Shown piece after piece: positions 24,401 to 39,400 of a stretch of 64,000 nucleotides of DNA. Position 1 is the stretch's first letter. The number at the start of each line of letters is the position of its first letter. Below the pieces are notes generated by a model. That model saw only the letters and a list, made by a program, of their open reading frames with translations, searched no databases and was not told the origin of the DNA. A program made the translations under genes and the position numbers. This DNA comes from Takakia lepidozioides (taxonomy: Eukaryota > Plantae > Bryophyta), in NCBI GenBank assembly GCA_030704615.1, contig CM060733.1:15686001-15750000 (forward strand), written 5' to 3'.

Positions 24401-27400
24401 TGGCCGCAAGTCTATGGCAATGAATGAGTACACCCTCTATTATCCGTTCCCGTGACAAACAGTCATTCACGTACCTGCGATGGAAACATGCTTCGCAGCA
24501 CTCTCCTCCCAAAGTTGAGCCTTCGCCAGCAGTAACTTCAGTCCTGTCAGTGCCTACTTGTCACAACAGCCACACTATACCTTCAGTACACCTAGCTTGA
24601 GATAACCTACAGCCCAACAGAAATATTGCAAGGGCCAAAGTCAACCTTCATGACTGGTGCATCCAGAGAGATGGACAGAAGAGCTTTTAAAATAGTCAAA
24701 AGCTGTTGCAATATTGGGTGCTCTGGCCACTCCTCCAGTAGCTTGCCAACACGCTCCAGGAAGCAGGCCAATGGATTCAGGATCAATGCCATTTCTGGTG
24801 CATTGGACTGCAACAACCATAACAAATAAGTTCACCTCAGAAAAATTTGTACGACCCAACAAAAGGACTCAAACTTCAAAGAAAAGGGGGAAACACAACC
24901 AAGCAGCACCACCTAACAGTGGCCGGACTTCAGACATAGATAGTACGTGTTCATGTCCCGATATCCTTCACTCTAAGAGAGCCTGCTGTGAGGAGAGGTT
25001 ATGGTACCACTGGGACCATGCTTGGAACAATTAAAAAAAATCACACAGAAAGATCAGAAGTAACACTGGGCCTGCAAAATTTCAACTGTGGCATTCCATC
25101 TTTGGCTGCTGACGCTCTCAACATCTTACTGCTCTCATGTTGATCATTGGATGGAGTAATGTGTAAACCTTCAGCGACGTAGGACTGTGGTATCTGAGTT
25201 GGGGGCTGCGATGCACTTCACTCTCTATGGACAAGAGGTTAATAATGGACAAAAGATGGATAATGTTCCCAGATATTATGTCACCTCGTAAATAGTGCAC
25301 TTGGCTGTTTGATTGTCTGCAGATTTAGAAAGTTCTTCAAGCTTTTGGTGCTCCAGAGTGACTCTCATAAGATGCGCTGCCATGACTCGCTCCTCCAGTC
25401 TTGCAGGCACGGAGTGCCCTACAGCTGCAATATCCAACCAACACCCTAAGTTTAAGCCATATAACGTGACCCTCTGATGGACAGCATGCTGCCTACATAT
25501 TGATAATATCTACAAGTTAACCTCTTGCAATCCATACCATGAATATTGCCATACAATGTGACACAGCTCAGAAAGGTGAAATACCTTTGATCAAGTGCAT
25601 TCCAGTCTCATAGGCAAGTGTAAAGACATGTGTCCTCTCCTTGTCCGACACCTAGGTCATAAAATGAATGGAAAGATTAAACCCACATTCATGAAGGTGA
25701 TGAGAGGTGATGTGAGGTGCAAGAAGAGCAATCAATCTCTGTTCTGACATAAAGAATCACACAAATCCTCACCATTTCTGAAAGGTTGGAACATCCAAAC
25801 ATGTTGTGGACTCTGACAACATCCTCAAGCAGAGACTCCTTGATCGCAAGCCAAGCTTTTTCGACCATCTGTCTCCCCTCGTCCTTTAAACCTGCTGCAA
25901 GTGCTGCTTGGGCTTGCCTCTGACGAAAGAAGGAAAAAGAATAACACGAAAATCAAATCAGCAAGGACTATAAACACTAAATCTACTGACAAATTGGAGT
26001 GCGAGGGAGAGGGAAAGATCTACTGTGGAGGTACAGCATACAGAATACTTGCACATCTCTTTGGTAATGTCCAAGGCCATTGAATACAGCAAAAAAAAAT
26101 CTCTTATCAAGGCATTGTTGGATAGTTGACTACCAAAAGTGATTCAAGAACAAGACACCACGCACATTCTTTGTGCTTAATATGTGACGGCATTCTGCAT
26201 TATTCTGCAGGTATAAAAGAATCTGGGACCACGCCCCCAAGCTCCACTACTGGAGGAAGAGAAGATCCTCTCACAAACTAAGAGTCCTAACAATAGTAGC
26301 TGGATGGCACCATGGATCACTGCAAAGTGAGCCTGGGTTATCGTGCAAACAAGGGCTTGCTCTGTCAACCCCATGACACATAGGGTGGATCTGAAGAAGG
26401 GCTCTACTGTTTCCAGTTTGTTCTCAAACAAGTGTAGTTTAGTTTCTGCTCATCATAGGCCCCACTTGTGACTTTGATTTCACATACTTAGTCGTACCTG
26501 GCTGGACCAGCATGCTCTGGCTGCATCTGCTTTCCCATGCTTTATCAGGCAGTCCGTACTAAGGGAAGGTGTTCTGGGGCATTTTCCTTGTCAGTACCTT
26601 GGTGTGGCTAGGTAATGCTTGGAAGGTAGTCATGCAACAACTTTCCCCTCGCTAGGAGTCAGTGCTGTTGTACTCTGGTTGCTGATTTTATCTGGGATAG
26701 CCTTTCTCTACTGGCTCTGGGACCTTCTGCACAAAATTATACATAGTTGTACATATCAAGGCAAACAGATCTTCATCTTTTGACTGCAGTGGTTGAGAAA
26801 AAGGCACTTACATCATCTTCCTGTGCACTGGCAAAGGCAGGGCCATCATCACTGTGAGGAAATTCAGATGCAAAGTCTGGAAACATTTCCAGGAAGGAGG
26901 CCTCATCAAGCTCAGCTTCAGTGTCCATTGCGTGGGTGCGACTGGTGAAGCGCACTAACTCGGCATCTTTATCTTTTCTAGCATTTTGTTGGTCATGAAT
27001 TTCCGCCCACAATGCTGTAAAGGAGCTCAAGATTTCGTCCAGCGCCTAACAGCAAGGCCAAAATAAGACAAACATCAGACATCAAGCTCCTTGAAACTTA
27101 CAGGCCATGTTGTACAAGAAAAGAAAGTCCAGTAATTTTCTAAGAGCCAGCTGAAAACAACAACTAGAGCTTGAGACTATATGCACTAATAAACAACTCA
27201 GTGAAGTGTACTAGAGAAACCACACTGCAGTCAACCCAAGAGTATTAAGCAATTATGGCATCAAGTGGACACCTTCATAGCAGCTTTGCCTTTAAATCTG
27301 GCCTGTTGAATGTCAAGGCCAATCCGCAAAAGGGCAACTCGTAACACCATGACTTTAAGCTCCACGTCTAAAGCCTAGTTTACATCAAGCCCACAGCATT

Positions 27401-30400
27401 GTCAATCCAGAAACTTCTGCATGGCTCATTCCCATAGATAAAACAAAATGTGCTCTCACCTCTGGTTCTGTAATAGCAGAGATGGAAAGCAAACGAAACC
27501 AGGCTTTCAAAAGTAAAATATGCTCCCTATCCAGAAAGTACCTCTGGTGTGCAGAAGGCCTCTCAAGTAAGTATAAGAAAGAGGCTTACTCATTGACACT
27601 AAAGGAGAAATACCCAGGAAGCCAGGTACTAATAGAAACACACAAGGATTTCCATGAAAACAAGCCACAAACCTCGGTGCCAACATAGGACGAATTCTGT
27701 GATCGTGCCACCTGAGACACGATTTTCTCGACAGAATCCGTCACCAAGTCCATTGAAGTAGCCCAAGTCACTTTCTCTTCACCATTAGTATCCTTTCCAG
27801 ATGGGCATAAAGCCCTGCCCATAGGATACTCCATAAGAATACATAGAAGCTCCTGCAAGTGACAAGTGCAATAGGAGGTCACAATTTCCCTCGATCAACA
27901 CACAATCAGAATGTCCATCTAGAGTGCAGTTGAGAATGAACATAGGAGATTAATACAAAACGTCATGCATCCTTGAACAAAGCTCCATAAATTGTACAGA
28001 GCATCAGTTATAGCCTCACCACAAAGGCATCCTCTCCCTGATTGACACCTCCTTCTCCAAAAGTAACAGATTGCATGTGAGCAGCCAATACAAGAGATAA
28101 GCCAAACTTGAGCTCATAGACCGCGAGCTGGATGGGCTGCACTACGTCTCTGTAGGCTGGAAACTCAGATGTGAGCCGGCTTATAAAATGTGCTGCATTC
28201 TCCTGAAAAGCAACACAAGATTCTCAACATAAATGTTCATTTTGGGGTAGTGTACTTTTCAGAATATACCAGACTGTGATCCTCCATCCTCCATCCTCCA
28301 TCCTCCATCCTTGGTAGCTTTTAATCCCAAATGGTCCACAACTGTGATTATGTCCCAAACTTTCTGGTCTCCAAACCCACTTCTTAGCTCAAATTACAAT
28401 CTTTTACTTTGCAATAAATGCTACAACCAGAGCTTCACCTCTATCACCCTCCATCCATCAGTACACTAGAAAACAGGGAATAATAAGAAGACATTCTTAC
28501 CTGCCAATTGGTGACCTCTTGAAGAGTGCGAGTAAAGTCAGGCTTGCGTTGGTGTTTTTCTTCCTGCAGGGCTCCTACCAGAGCGGCCAGCCTCACTGTA
28601 CTTGCTGATGATTGCAGGAAGTGGAGGACTTCATTTACTAAGTCCCGAAATTGAGGCGGATTTGGGCGAGGTATAACCTGCAAGGAGTTGCAGTTCAAAC
28701 CGTGAGGGGAATAGGCTTAAATTATCAAAACTTCCTCTTTCAGAAATTTGTTGGGGATCTTTCTTACCTTCAAAGACAATGCATCCAACTCCTGTTTCAT
28801 CCCCTTCAGTTTTGAGAGAAGCTCCCTAATTTCGGGTGTGTACATCTTGCCTCTAACAAGAAACTCGCTCTCTTTCTTTACCTGCAACTCCAACACAGAG
28901 ATCCCACTTGAACATTAAGTGGAATGTCCAGAGAGGACAAATAACAAGGACATTCCAAATGCATCAAATTGGTAACATGATTGTTGCAACAACTGAAGTT
29001 ATCCAATCCAAGTAAAAGGCCGATGTCGAAGATAGAAAGGGGAGGAAGAACTACTGGGTATAAGGAGAACAACTATCCACCTCTCCTGACAAGACACCAT
29101 TTGCCGTTTCTACAAGTGCGGAAAACTCTAAATTAAACAACTTAAATGGTTCACCTTGATTTCGAGCTCCAGATTGGAGTGGTTGGTCAAAATGTGGGTA
29201 TACTTGTGACTATATTTGGCTACTGGGTCACGACCATCAGCAGGCAATAACATTCGCAGCCGAAGGGATCCAAGTAGCAGCCAGACCTGTCCAAACTTGC
29301 TCATTTTCTCTGCAAGAAGAGAAACAACCATTTCATCTGAACAACCATGTGACAATGTGCATCGTCATCAGAGATGACAGGGATTTCTAGCAATCATTTC
29401 TGCCTTCTTGACCGGCAAATGTGAGGAGAGGAGTACTGAACTGCTAGACTGACATTCCATATAAATATATACACAACCCATGGTGATGCAGACAAATAAA
29501 ACAGCTGGTGATCCCTACTAGCAAACATAGACACAATGGGCACTGCAAAAGCTGAAAGCTACAAAAAAATTCATAGGTCTCCATTGTAACCTGCTGATAC
29601 TTCACAGAGATGAGATCACATGTGATCACTGTGATCGCTGATTCAACCCTAGATTAGCCAGCTAAGGGGGCCAACTTACAATATAAGAGCAAAAAGAGCA
29701 TCTACCTGTAGAGCACAAGGTTCTCCACGGGATGAAGTACAAAGCTTCCAAACAGGGCAGCACCAATGAGTTGACAACTGAGAGAAGCTCCACATGACGT
29801 GAGCGTTCTAACAATATAGCCAGATCCTTTAAAATCTTATCATGATTTCTAAATTCACCCTGGTTCTCCTGCCAAACCACCTCACACTGTCAGTGTACAC
29901 ATTCATGCCTCTCAAAGATTCTCTCTGTGGAACCTCTTGTTCATAATTCTGCACACTGAGCAAGCAGAGAAATCCTGAATAAACACCAGCAAAGCAAGTT
30001 AGCAAACCCTGTGAAAGGGTCATGTAAGCATATAGGATTGCATGAAAAGCACCATTTCTGACTCAAGCCCACCTGCAGTACTCCTTCGTGCAAGGCAAAG
30101 AGAGCAGTCCGAATGTCTTCTACATCACCAGTGCTAAAGGACTTGCAATGAGCATATATGATCTGCACCAAAGAGATTGTTTAACAAAGATTTGAATGCA
30201 TGGGAATTAGGGCTTTATCCATGTTGCAGCTGATGTTTTCCAAATCCAAACCTCACAAATAAGCCAGAGTCTAGCAGGGGAGGATCTCAGTTCAAAAAAT
30301 CTCCTCTGTCACAAACCAAATCTATCAACATACATCGGACCTTCTTCGACCTTCTTCTTCATTAACATTCCGTAATATCCAGTGCAACCATAACATATCA

Positions 30401-33400
30401 AAAACAGCACAAAGAACTGGGAGGATATAACCAACTTCAAGCTCTGCTTTCAAAGTACTATACCCTTTTGTGCTTCCCATGTGACAGAAAAAAAGAGCAG
30501 CTTGAGGAGAAATCTCAAACAGATTGATACCTGCTGGAAAAGCCCACTGGCACTACAGAAAAGTGATTTAAATAGGTCAAAGCTCCAATGCTTTGAAAAC
30601 CTCCAGAGGTGCAAAGCTGCCACCCTGAGCTGGACTACTCTTGCTCGATGGTCCCTCACGAGGCCTGGCTGCCCACTACAACCAGTAAGGAAAACCTGTT
30701 AGTCAACATATAAATATGCAGAGGCACCTTCAAAGCCTCTGCAATAGTTGTAGGTTACTTAAGAACTCTAAAAGAGAAATCCTTTGAAGAAAAGTGAGTT
30801 CAACCTTGATGTCCATCTAGTAACTGCCAGCACTAACAGCGTTGGAAGGCTATCTCTGAAGCTGGAAAATGCCCAGTAGAGGCCTAACTTAGACGCAATG
30901 ACTGAAGTGGGCTTGAATAAGTATGACGAAGACATTGAGAAGTCTTTGAGATTGGTCACGCACAGTAAGTTGGATAAAATCACTGTCTGAGCACCCTGAA
31001 ACAGTCGAGGAGGCCCAGATGTTGACGTCCAGTTCAGAGATAAATCGCTCTGCCAATGAACCATCCCCCTCAGACAACATACCTTCCTGAACGGTACTAT
31101 GACATAGCCTGGGTTTCAGCTGGATTTACCTCCTTGCCTTGCCCCTTAAAAAATCAACGAGCATTACAGAAAAACTGCAACAGTAAGAGCTTGGACATCT
31201 TTGTCAGGTCCTTGGTGCTGCCCTTTCCTGTACTACTCTGGGAAACAATGTGTTATTCTTGGCAAGCAAGTGTTATTCTTCACAAGCAGTGATAGCACCG
31301 GCAGGGTCAGATGAGGTCAGAGTACAGGAGACCACTTACAGATCCTGAGGGTTTATTCCAAAGTGCCGAATGCCAACGAACCCACATCTCATGGGCCATA
31401 TCTCGGAAGCCCGCCATCATGTCTTGCAAAGCATGAACTGACAAGAGCCATTAACCATATTAACGTATTTAGGTTCAAAGTCTAGGAACACCAAAAGTCT
31501 GCAATGGTGGTCTTCCTTACTTTTAAGAACCAGACAAACAGATCCACTAGGAAGAACCACATCAAGATCATCATCGTTAAAGCCATGGTCCAAAACTCAT
31601 CTGGCAGTTTCCCCAAAATTGAAGGAAAAAGCAAACCAGCTGCAAAAAGGAAGAAAAAGCAAAGGGATTTACAAACCAACCTGTTTCTGTAGGATGAGCT
31701 GCATCCAGGAACCAAAGAAGGTGTTGATGGGGGACAAAATCAGCTGGTGATCTGGACGAGCAAGCCAATCCGAATTCTAGCATCTCCTTCACAGTGTCAA
31801 CTCGTATCCTCTGCACCCAAAATAGGCAATCCATATCTCAATCTATAATGACCAGCTGTGCTGCTCTCTCCTTTCTGAATCAATATATTAACTTGTCTGA
31901 CCCTGTGCACACATGCTGCATGATCACCAAACACAACCCACCTTTTCAATAATCCTCAGTGCTCCATCATCGTCAAAGTTATTTGCTGCTAAAGGTGACA
32001 ATTCACCAAGCAATGCTGTATCCATACAAAGACTTGAATGGTCCAGCCATGGGAGCAGCTCAGACCAGAGAGTCCAAGCAGTAGGCCACTGGAGCATACG
32101 TGCTGGGAAAGAAGGCTGTGGGCCATGCCAAGGGGTGCATCTGCAACCACTGTGATCACCACCCTTGGATGCAAGTTCTGGGGCTGAACTCTTTGCCAGT
32201 GGGATAATATCATAGCTGCGCAATTGAGAAAGTTGAGTCTCTTCAGACTCCAATCTCTTCGCAAGCATCTGCAGCAGAAGTTGCGACGGTACACATTGTA
32301 GTTAATAAATAGAACATACTTGGTCAAAATAACATATGTGAAAAAGGTAGTTATAGGAGCACACCTAGGCAGAGAGCAAAGTTGACCAGCTGCCTGCATA
32401 AGAGAGCCCCAATCAGAGTTCAATGTCACTTTCAATGAAAATGGGCAGACAGAGAACCTCAAATATCTCTTGAGACTCATAACAGGCATTATTGGCAGAG
32501 ATAGTGAAGACATTGTTGCCATTCAAAGGATTCATGTCACGGCTGCCAAATCCTTCCTTGGAAGTCTCCTGTCCAAGCCATCTTATGATACTCAGTCCTG
32601 CACACTCCACTTCACTTGCGTAAGTCACCAGCTAGGCTTAGGCTCTTTGGCAACAGGGCTATGTTACTCACAACCAAGATTGACCACTCTTGAATTAGGA
32701 TAGCATTGTGGATGCTGCCGTGTACATCTGGGCATCACAGATGCCCACCATCTTTTTGAAAATGCATAACTAAGTACTGTGTAGAAGCCAAAATCAGCAG
32801 AAAAGGGCACGGAATAACCTGTCATGACCAATCGCCGCACATTGCAATCAGCCCGGATCACCTGTTTGACTCCTGCTGCTGAGCCTAGACAGATAAAAAC
32901 AATAATTGACATAATGATGGCACTGCAGGAAATAATCCACGAGTGTCTATGAATATGCAAATCAAGCACCACAGCTGTAGTGTTAGATTGTACTCATAAG
33001 ACGTTGTTTGCCGTAGCCTTGTGGCCATTGACCCAGCTGTAGTGTTAGAGCCAGAGTAGAAGATGACACTTACATCTGCTGCGACAGAATCCATCTGGAT
33101 GTACTAGCCAAAAGCAAATAGTTTACAGAACTTATGCCAGAAACTTACAGAACTTACAGAACTACATAACTGCAGCCCTTGCTAAAAGATTTAGCTAATG
33201 CCTGAAAGGTTAATTGTAACATCATTTGTTTTGAGGATTATGAGAGGTCATTAGTGATCCAGATTAAGGAAGACTTGCACCCTGGAGAAGGCACCCTACA
33301 TTCACAAATGAACAAAAACCATGTCTACACAGAAACAAAGGAATTGCGTCCAAGTGGGCCAGAACACCAATGGGACAGAGAAGAACTTAAGTATCCTTCA

Positions 33401-36400
33401 AATCTTCTTGGCATTTGTTGTTTCTTCCAAGGCCACAAACATGTGTTATAGTTCATCCATCAAACCAGAATTATTTATTCAATCTGAAATTGATTCCTTA
33501 CCTTCTGACACTGGACTCCAATATGACTCACATAGACCTGAGACCTGACGTTCCTGGTCTTGGAGCTCCTTGGTATGAGCCAGCTGTGGGTGGCCTGCAA
33601 ACTTCCATAGCAATGGTTTTGAAAGAGGGTTCTGCCCAAGTGAAAATGGTTTATCAATCATTTCCACAAGATGTTGGAGAAAATCTGCTACCTGCCATCG
33701 CCACAACAGATGAACTTCAATGCTGTGGATGGCTGTTACACGGTCGCCTACCAAAAGCAGAGGCCCCACAACTGGAAACATTCTAGAGACTCAGTTAAAT
33801 ATATACAGCAAACTTTGACAAAAGACTTCAGTTCTTTAATGTCCTCTGATTATACAACTACATCTTTTCAACGCACAAATGACTGCCCCATCGCATAGGG
33901 CAGAACCAGCCCAAGGTATAGGTCTAACACCCCAATGAAAGAATCAGTAATTTCGGCCTGTTACTTCTCAAATCAAAGACCTGCTGGCTCGACAACTGAA
34001 TTCAAAAACAGAATGTCCTGCTATGAAGATACCTTCGTCACTCCAGATCCAGCAATGCCTGGCAACTCCATCAGATGCTGCAGGCTACGCTTACCCCAGC
34101 TCCAGCAAAACAGAAATGATTCAACATCAAACTTCGAGACACTCACATTTCTCCAAAGAGCTTCATGCCATTCTTGTAGTTTTCGAAAAGTAGCATCAAT
34201 TGAAGAGTCCCACACCAAGATATCCGCTAAAGTTAGGACCTCATCCTCCAACTTTCTCAAGGAAGTAAAGAAAGTATATAAATACTTCAAAGTTAACTTA
34301 GAGACTTGATGGGTATAGCTGTGAGATCTCTCTGCAGGATGAGTATATTGCCAATAAGATTGCACAATGGGGCTAGCTGACGAATTGAGACCCCATTTCT
34401 CCACCATCTCATATACCTCATCCTCTGACTCCCACTGTAGAAGGCTACGCCGCAGAGCTTGTAACTTGGAACAAAAAGAAACCACCTGACTCCAAGCTTC
34501 CCTAGCATCAACCATCTCCAGAGCCCTAGAATCATCAATGGGGGGAAATATCTGTAGAAAAAACTTTGGAGCAATTCCGTGGTCCATGCTCGGTCCCAGG
34601 CACTTTCTCCATGCTGCTAACCATTGACCTCTGACTGGGTGATCCAATTCCTTTTCTAGAGCAGTGGCAAGGCGCCTAAGCACTTGGGCATCCAGCATTT
34701 TCCCAAAAGTGTGGAGCCACTCTATGCGAAGCTTCAAATCAAGAAAGCTGGCTTGCTCTATCATCCAAAGGCCAGCAAACCACAAAGTTTGATCAAGTGC
34801 TAATGCATCCAGAGGAGCCACTGTTTGGTCCTTTGTCTCCCTTAGCACTCCCTCCACAGGATTGAGGAAATAGCGCAGAAGGGTAGCCGGGAAGTATGCT
34901 GCCATGGTTCCCTTACTCTGGAGCCACTCCAGAGGTTCTCTGGCCTGGATGAGTGAATGCCACTCCACACTAGTTTTAAAGGCAAAAAACTGTGCCCCTA
35001 GAAACCGCACAAACATACTATCACGTAAAACCATCGTCTCCTTGGAGTTCAGACAGTAGTGAGCCAGGGTCAAGGGGTTGGGCCAACCCCCTGGTAAGGG
35101 CAATGCCACTTTTCGCCAACTACTGACATCCACAAGTCCCACTGCACCAAGCGTTGTGTGAAACTTCTCCATGGCTGCTTTTCTTGCATCTGCACTACCA
35201 AGGCGATGGGCATAAGTTTGCTCCCAACTGCACTGCAGACTCCAGCCCAAGCTCGCACCCCTTTCAAGTAGCTGCTGCATCAAAGAAACCCACTGCCAAA
35301 CCTCTCGTAGAGACACCCGAGACCCACTATGTGACACATCCAGGAGCCCTTGAATGTCAACATGAGCTTTGCACATTGCCTGAACAAGGGAAGGGCCTGG
35401 TATTCCTGCATGTATTAACAGTTTCAGACTATCAAGATCCGCACTAGAGGCACCTCCCTGAAGTTCCTCCAAGATACCACTTTCCGGTGTCCCTGATTCC
35501 AACCAATCAGGTTGCAGCATGTAGACTTCGACCCCTCGGTTACGCATAGCCCTGGACACTTCCCCGTGGCTTGGGTCAACAGTGAGGAATAGACGAAAAT
35601 TTGGGTGGGCTCGTACAACCATGGCTTCTCCATTGACCAGCCCTCGCTCGTTGATCATGATTGTACCCCCTGGTTCCAGAAGCGGGTTCAACCTATCAAG
35701 AACCTGGAAAGACACAAGCACGTTCAGTATGCACAACTTGCCCACAAATTCATGCTTCATAGAACTCCAAAAATTAAATGTGGACTAGGCTAGTTCTGCT
35801 CTGTGATGTACAATGTTTGATGAATTGGATTCCTACCAATAGGTTGTGTAAATGACAGGAACACCACAATTCAATCATCCACACTGCACATACCCGGGAC
35901 TCCTAGTGCCTCAAAATCAAATAACTCATCCTTGAGTAAAGATCCTGGATGCTGTGATGACAGGACATGAAATAAAATGAAACGATACTTTATAATGTCC
36001 ACGGAGAGTCCAAAAGAGCTATGGGAAGAAAGAAGAAAAGGAGGAGCCAAGAAGACACATAATTTAAATCCCCAGCAAGCCTGCACTAGCAGTCCAATCC
36101 CAGTAGCGAACATAGGCCTATGCAACTATTCCAATATGAGGAGCTTCTCTGTGATTAGAGGAAAAATATCCCACAGAGACAGTACAGTTGTGGACCACAA
36201 GAAGTTGCAGAAGGCACCAAATATTGATCACCACAAGAACCATGCCACTTCATAATCGCTAAAGCAGGTCATCATACCGTTGGGTTGCAGAAATTGGCAT
36301 TGTCGAGTACCACCCAGTCGCCTCTTTCCAGTGCCTTCAAAAGGTCCCCTTCCACCCATTCAAACTGCCCTGCCTTCCCAAACTGCCCAAGGCTGCCCTT

Positions 36401-39400
36401 GATGTCTCTCAATCTCTGGAGCAAATGCCTGGGGTCCAGAGCACTATCTTCCACGACCATCCCAGAGATCACGACAGCCTGTCGCAGCTGCTCCACAGTG
36501 TGTAGTAACATGTCCACCGCTAAGGAGTCTACGACCCCTTGGTCAAGTTGTTGATCTAAGCTAAGTACATCCAAACTAGATTGTGTTCCACGGGTGACAA
36601 TACACTTGTGAAAGGCAGCCCAAGAGCCCAGTAAGTTCTTCACAAGATTCACCTTCAAATCTGCCCTCAATGTGTCCCCAGACACAGTAAAACAAAAGCT
36701 AGAGATTGTCTTCAAAGAATCATAGGCACACCTTACAGTCTCTTGCCAGCGGCGAAACAGATCATATTGCTCAAAGCAGCCGAGTAATTCGGTTGTATCA
36801 GTTGCACTAGAGAGGGAAAACTCGCGCACGGGGTTACCAGTCAGTGCTGCTAATAGGCGAACAAGGGAGGTCTTGCCAGAGGCAGGGGGTCCTACCAATA
36901 TGCACATCCAACCCTGTGCCACACAGTGCATAACTGCTTCTAATCTGTTTACCAAACCAGGAAGAAGCTGCAGCTGTTTACCAATGCTGCCTTGTAATAA
37001 TGGTTCCTCCGTACGTGGGAGGCTTGCCAGCCCCACATGGAGTATATCAGGGTGGACCGAGACCATTGGACATGTGTCAATCTCCACAGATGTCCCAAAC
37101 ACATGCTGGAAAAGACTTAGCACACGACGCCGATCTTCTGTGGTGCGCATACGTTGTAAGTAAATGACATCCAGAAAGTTCTCTGGAGCGTCACAACGCA
37201 CTTGACACCCAGACGATCCATCTCGTGCTGCTGCAGAAGTATTTCATTCATATAAGCTTTACAAGGAGATACAAAAGACCAGCATGGATCAGAAGGGAAG
37301 ACCTCTCTGCTATGAATGACACAAAGGAAATCACCTCACCGTCGCCTGCTATGTAATGACTGTAATGAATGACTAACTATCCATCACAAGAGGTACATAT
37401 GACCTCCAACAACAACCACCCTCTACCTCCAAAATTTTCCAAAGAAGAGCATATGACCATTGGGAGACCCACCTTCAATAAGCTGACACCACCGTAGGAT
37501 GTCGCGGAGATTGAACTCCCACGGGACCCCCGAATGGCCATAGGCGTGGACCACCATGGTGTCATGGTGCAAGCGTGCATTGAACTCGATCATCTTAAGC
37601 AGCAAGGGCTCAGGGATGGATGGATGCAATGCATTCGCAATGAACATGAAGTCATCTTCTGATAAAGCGTCCATGTAAACCTGGAGAATTTGAAAAATCC
37701 ATAAGATTATGGTCAAACGGCCATATATGATACTGTGAAGATATATGCAAACCATATTACAGGAGAAAACTGTAGCAACTGATAGGTAACAGACAAAAAC
37801 CCAGCAAGATCACCTACTGTTAACCCCTACCAAGTTTTACTGACTGATGTTTGGATCTGAAGTAACCTTCTGCACAAGTTTGTGTTGCTTGGAGCTCGGA
37901 AACTCACCTTGGTAAAACGGTTGAGGAATGACTTTGGAAGGCCCTTGCGGCCCCCTCCCTGTGACAGGGGATTCTGGCACGCAAAGACACGGAAAGTTGG
38001 GGGGCATTTAAAACTGCGGCCCAGTTCTGGTATGAAAACTTCCCCCCGGTGATCCAAGCATGCATTCAGTCCCTGCATTGTTTTACAAGCAATTGGCAAA
38101 TTGAATCATTATGATGACGAAAGTACTTTTTGGCACTTGCAATGTGCACCATCAAGACAATATCCACAGAGGATCAAAATGCATTTAACAAAGGTTCTGG
38201 AGCCTGTGGATGACTATTGCAACAGCAGTACAGACACGACTTCCATCATATAGCATTCAAAACATTCTTTGACATGGTATGATTTCATTCACAAAGAGGG
38301 TACCTCTAACACTGACTGTGATGCAAGATTCAGCTCATCCAGAAGCACCCAATTGCCTGCTTTCAAAGCCTGCCATACAAACACGTTGGAATACATAAAC
38401 ATGTTGAAACTCCCTCACTATCAAGACGCACAAAATATTCCAGTACAAGGAGATCCACATCCTGACTACAACATGGAAAACTTCAATTCAAACAAAAAAC
38501 CTTCCTGTTAAACATCAAAACAAAAGAAACAGTCACCTGTAGAAAGACGCCATCAGACCAGCGGAACTCTGCACCTTTCCCTCCTTCAACTGGCAAATCT
38601 GACCCGAGCAAATCCATTATGTCGGTCTGCAATGACCATGACACAACCTCATATACTTACCAAGCAATTAGATCCTATACTCTGAGATCCTGTATGAAAG
38701 CACTATTTGCAGATGATTTGAAAGAACCTGAAGGATCCTGAAGGATCCAATTTTGATCAGCTTGTAAAGCATTTTCATTTGATATATTCTTTCATGACAA
38801 CAGAGAATAAATCTTTCTTACAGGCAACAGCCTTGTCTTAGCCACAAGTACCTTGAGCCAGAATTCAATCAGAGCTGTTGTCACAAGTACGGGCACTGTT
38901 GGCCAACTTGTCCTAGGGCCTTGAGTGAAAAACAACAGCTCATAAATTTCTTTTTAAAGTTCTAACAAGGAGAATATTCGAAGGAATGTGAGTAGAAATG
39001 ATGGGAAAAGTAAAAGAAAGATCATACCTGCTCAGACAGATTAATGCGGACAAGTGTGTGACCTGAGGATGAAGCCAAGGCTGCCACTAGACTAGTTTTG
39101 CCCACCCCTGGACTTCCCTCCAGCAGCACTGTCATCAAAACACCAGCAAATATTTGTTGTTAAATTGCAACAGAAGGATCCTTAACCTGGAATTGACCAA
39201 GTATGGAAAAGAGAAAGAAAGAACTTCAACTTATAACCTCCAGATGGGGCCATGAGCACACATTCGACAGCGTAGAGCAAACAAATGAGCATATCAGGAT
39301 AAAGTCAAAGGGCCTCAAGCAGGTGGGCCGCAAGGCACTTTGGATGTTGAAAGCTGAAGGCCTCTGCTAAGGAGTAGGAATCTCTAAGAAGACAATAGTA

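Noticed and set aside
34021-34040. U12-like donor GTATCTTC in MDN1
   Set aside because: Weak match, and the in-frame acceptor (~33692) lacks a U12 branch sequence.
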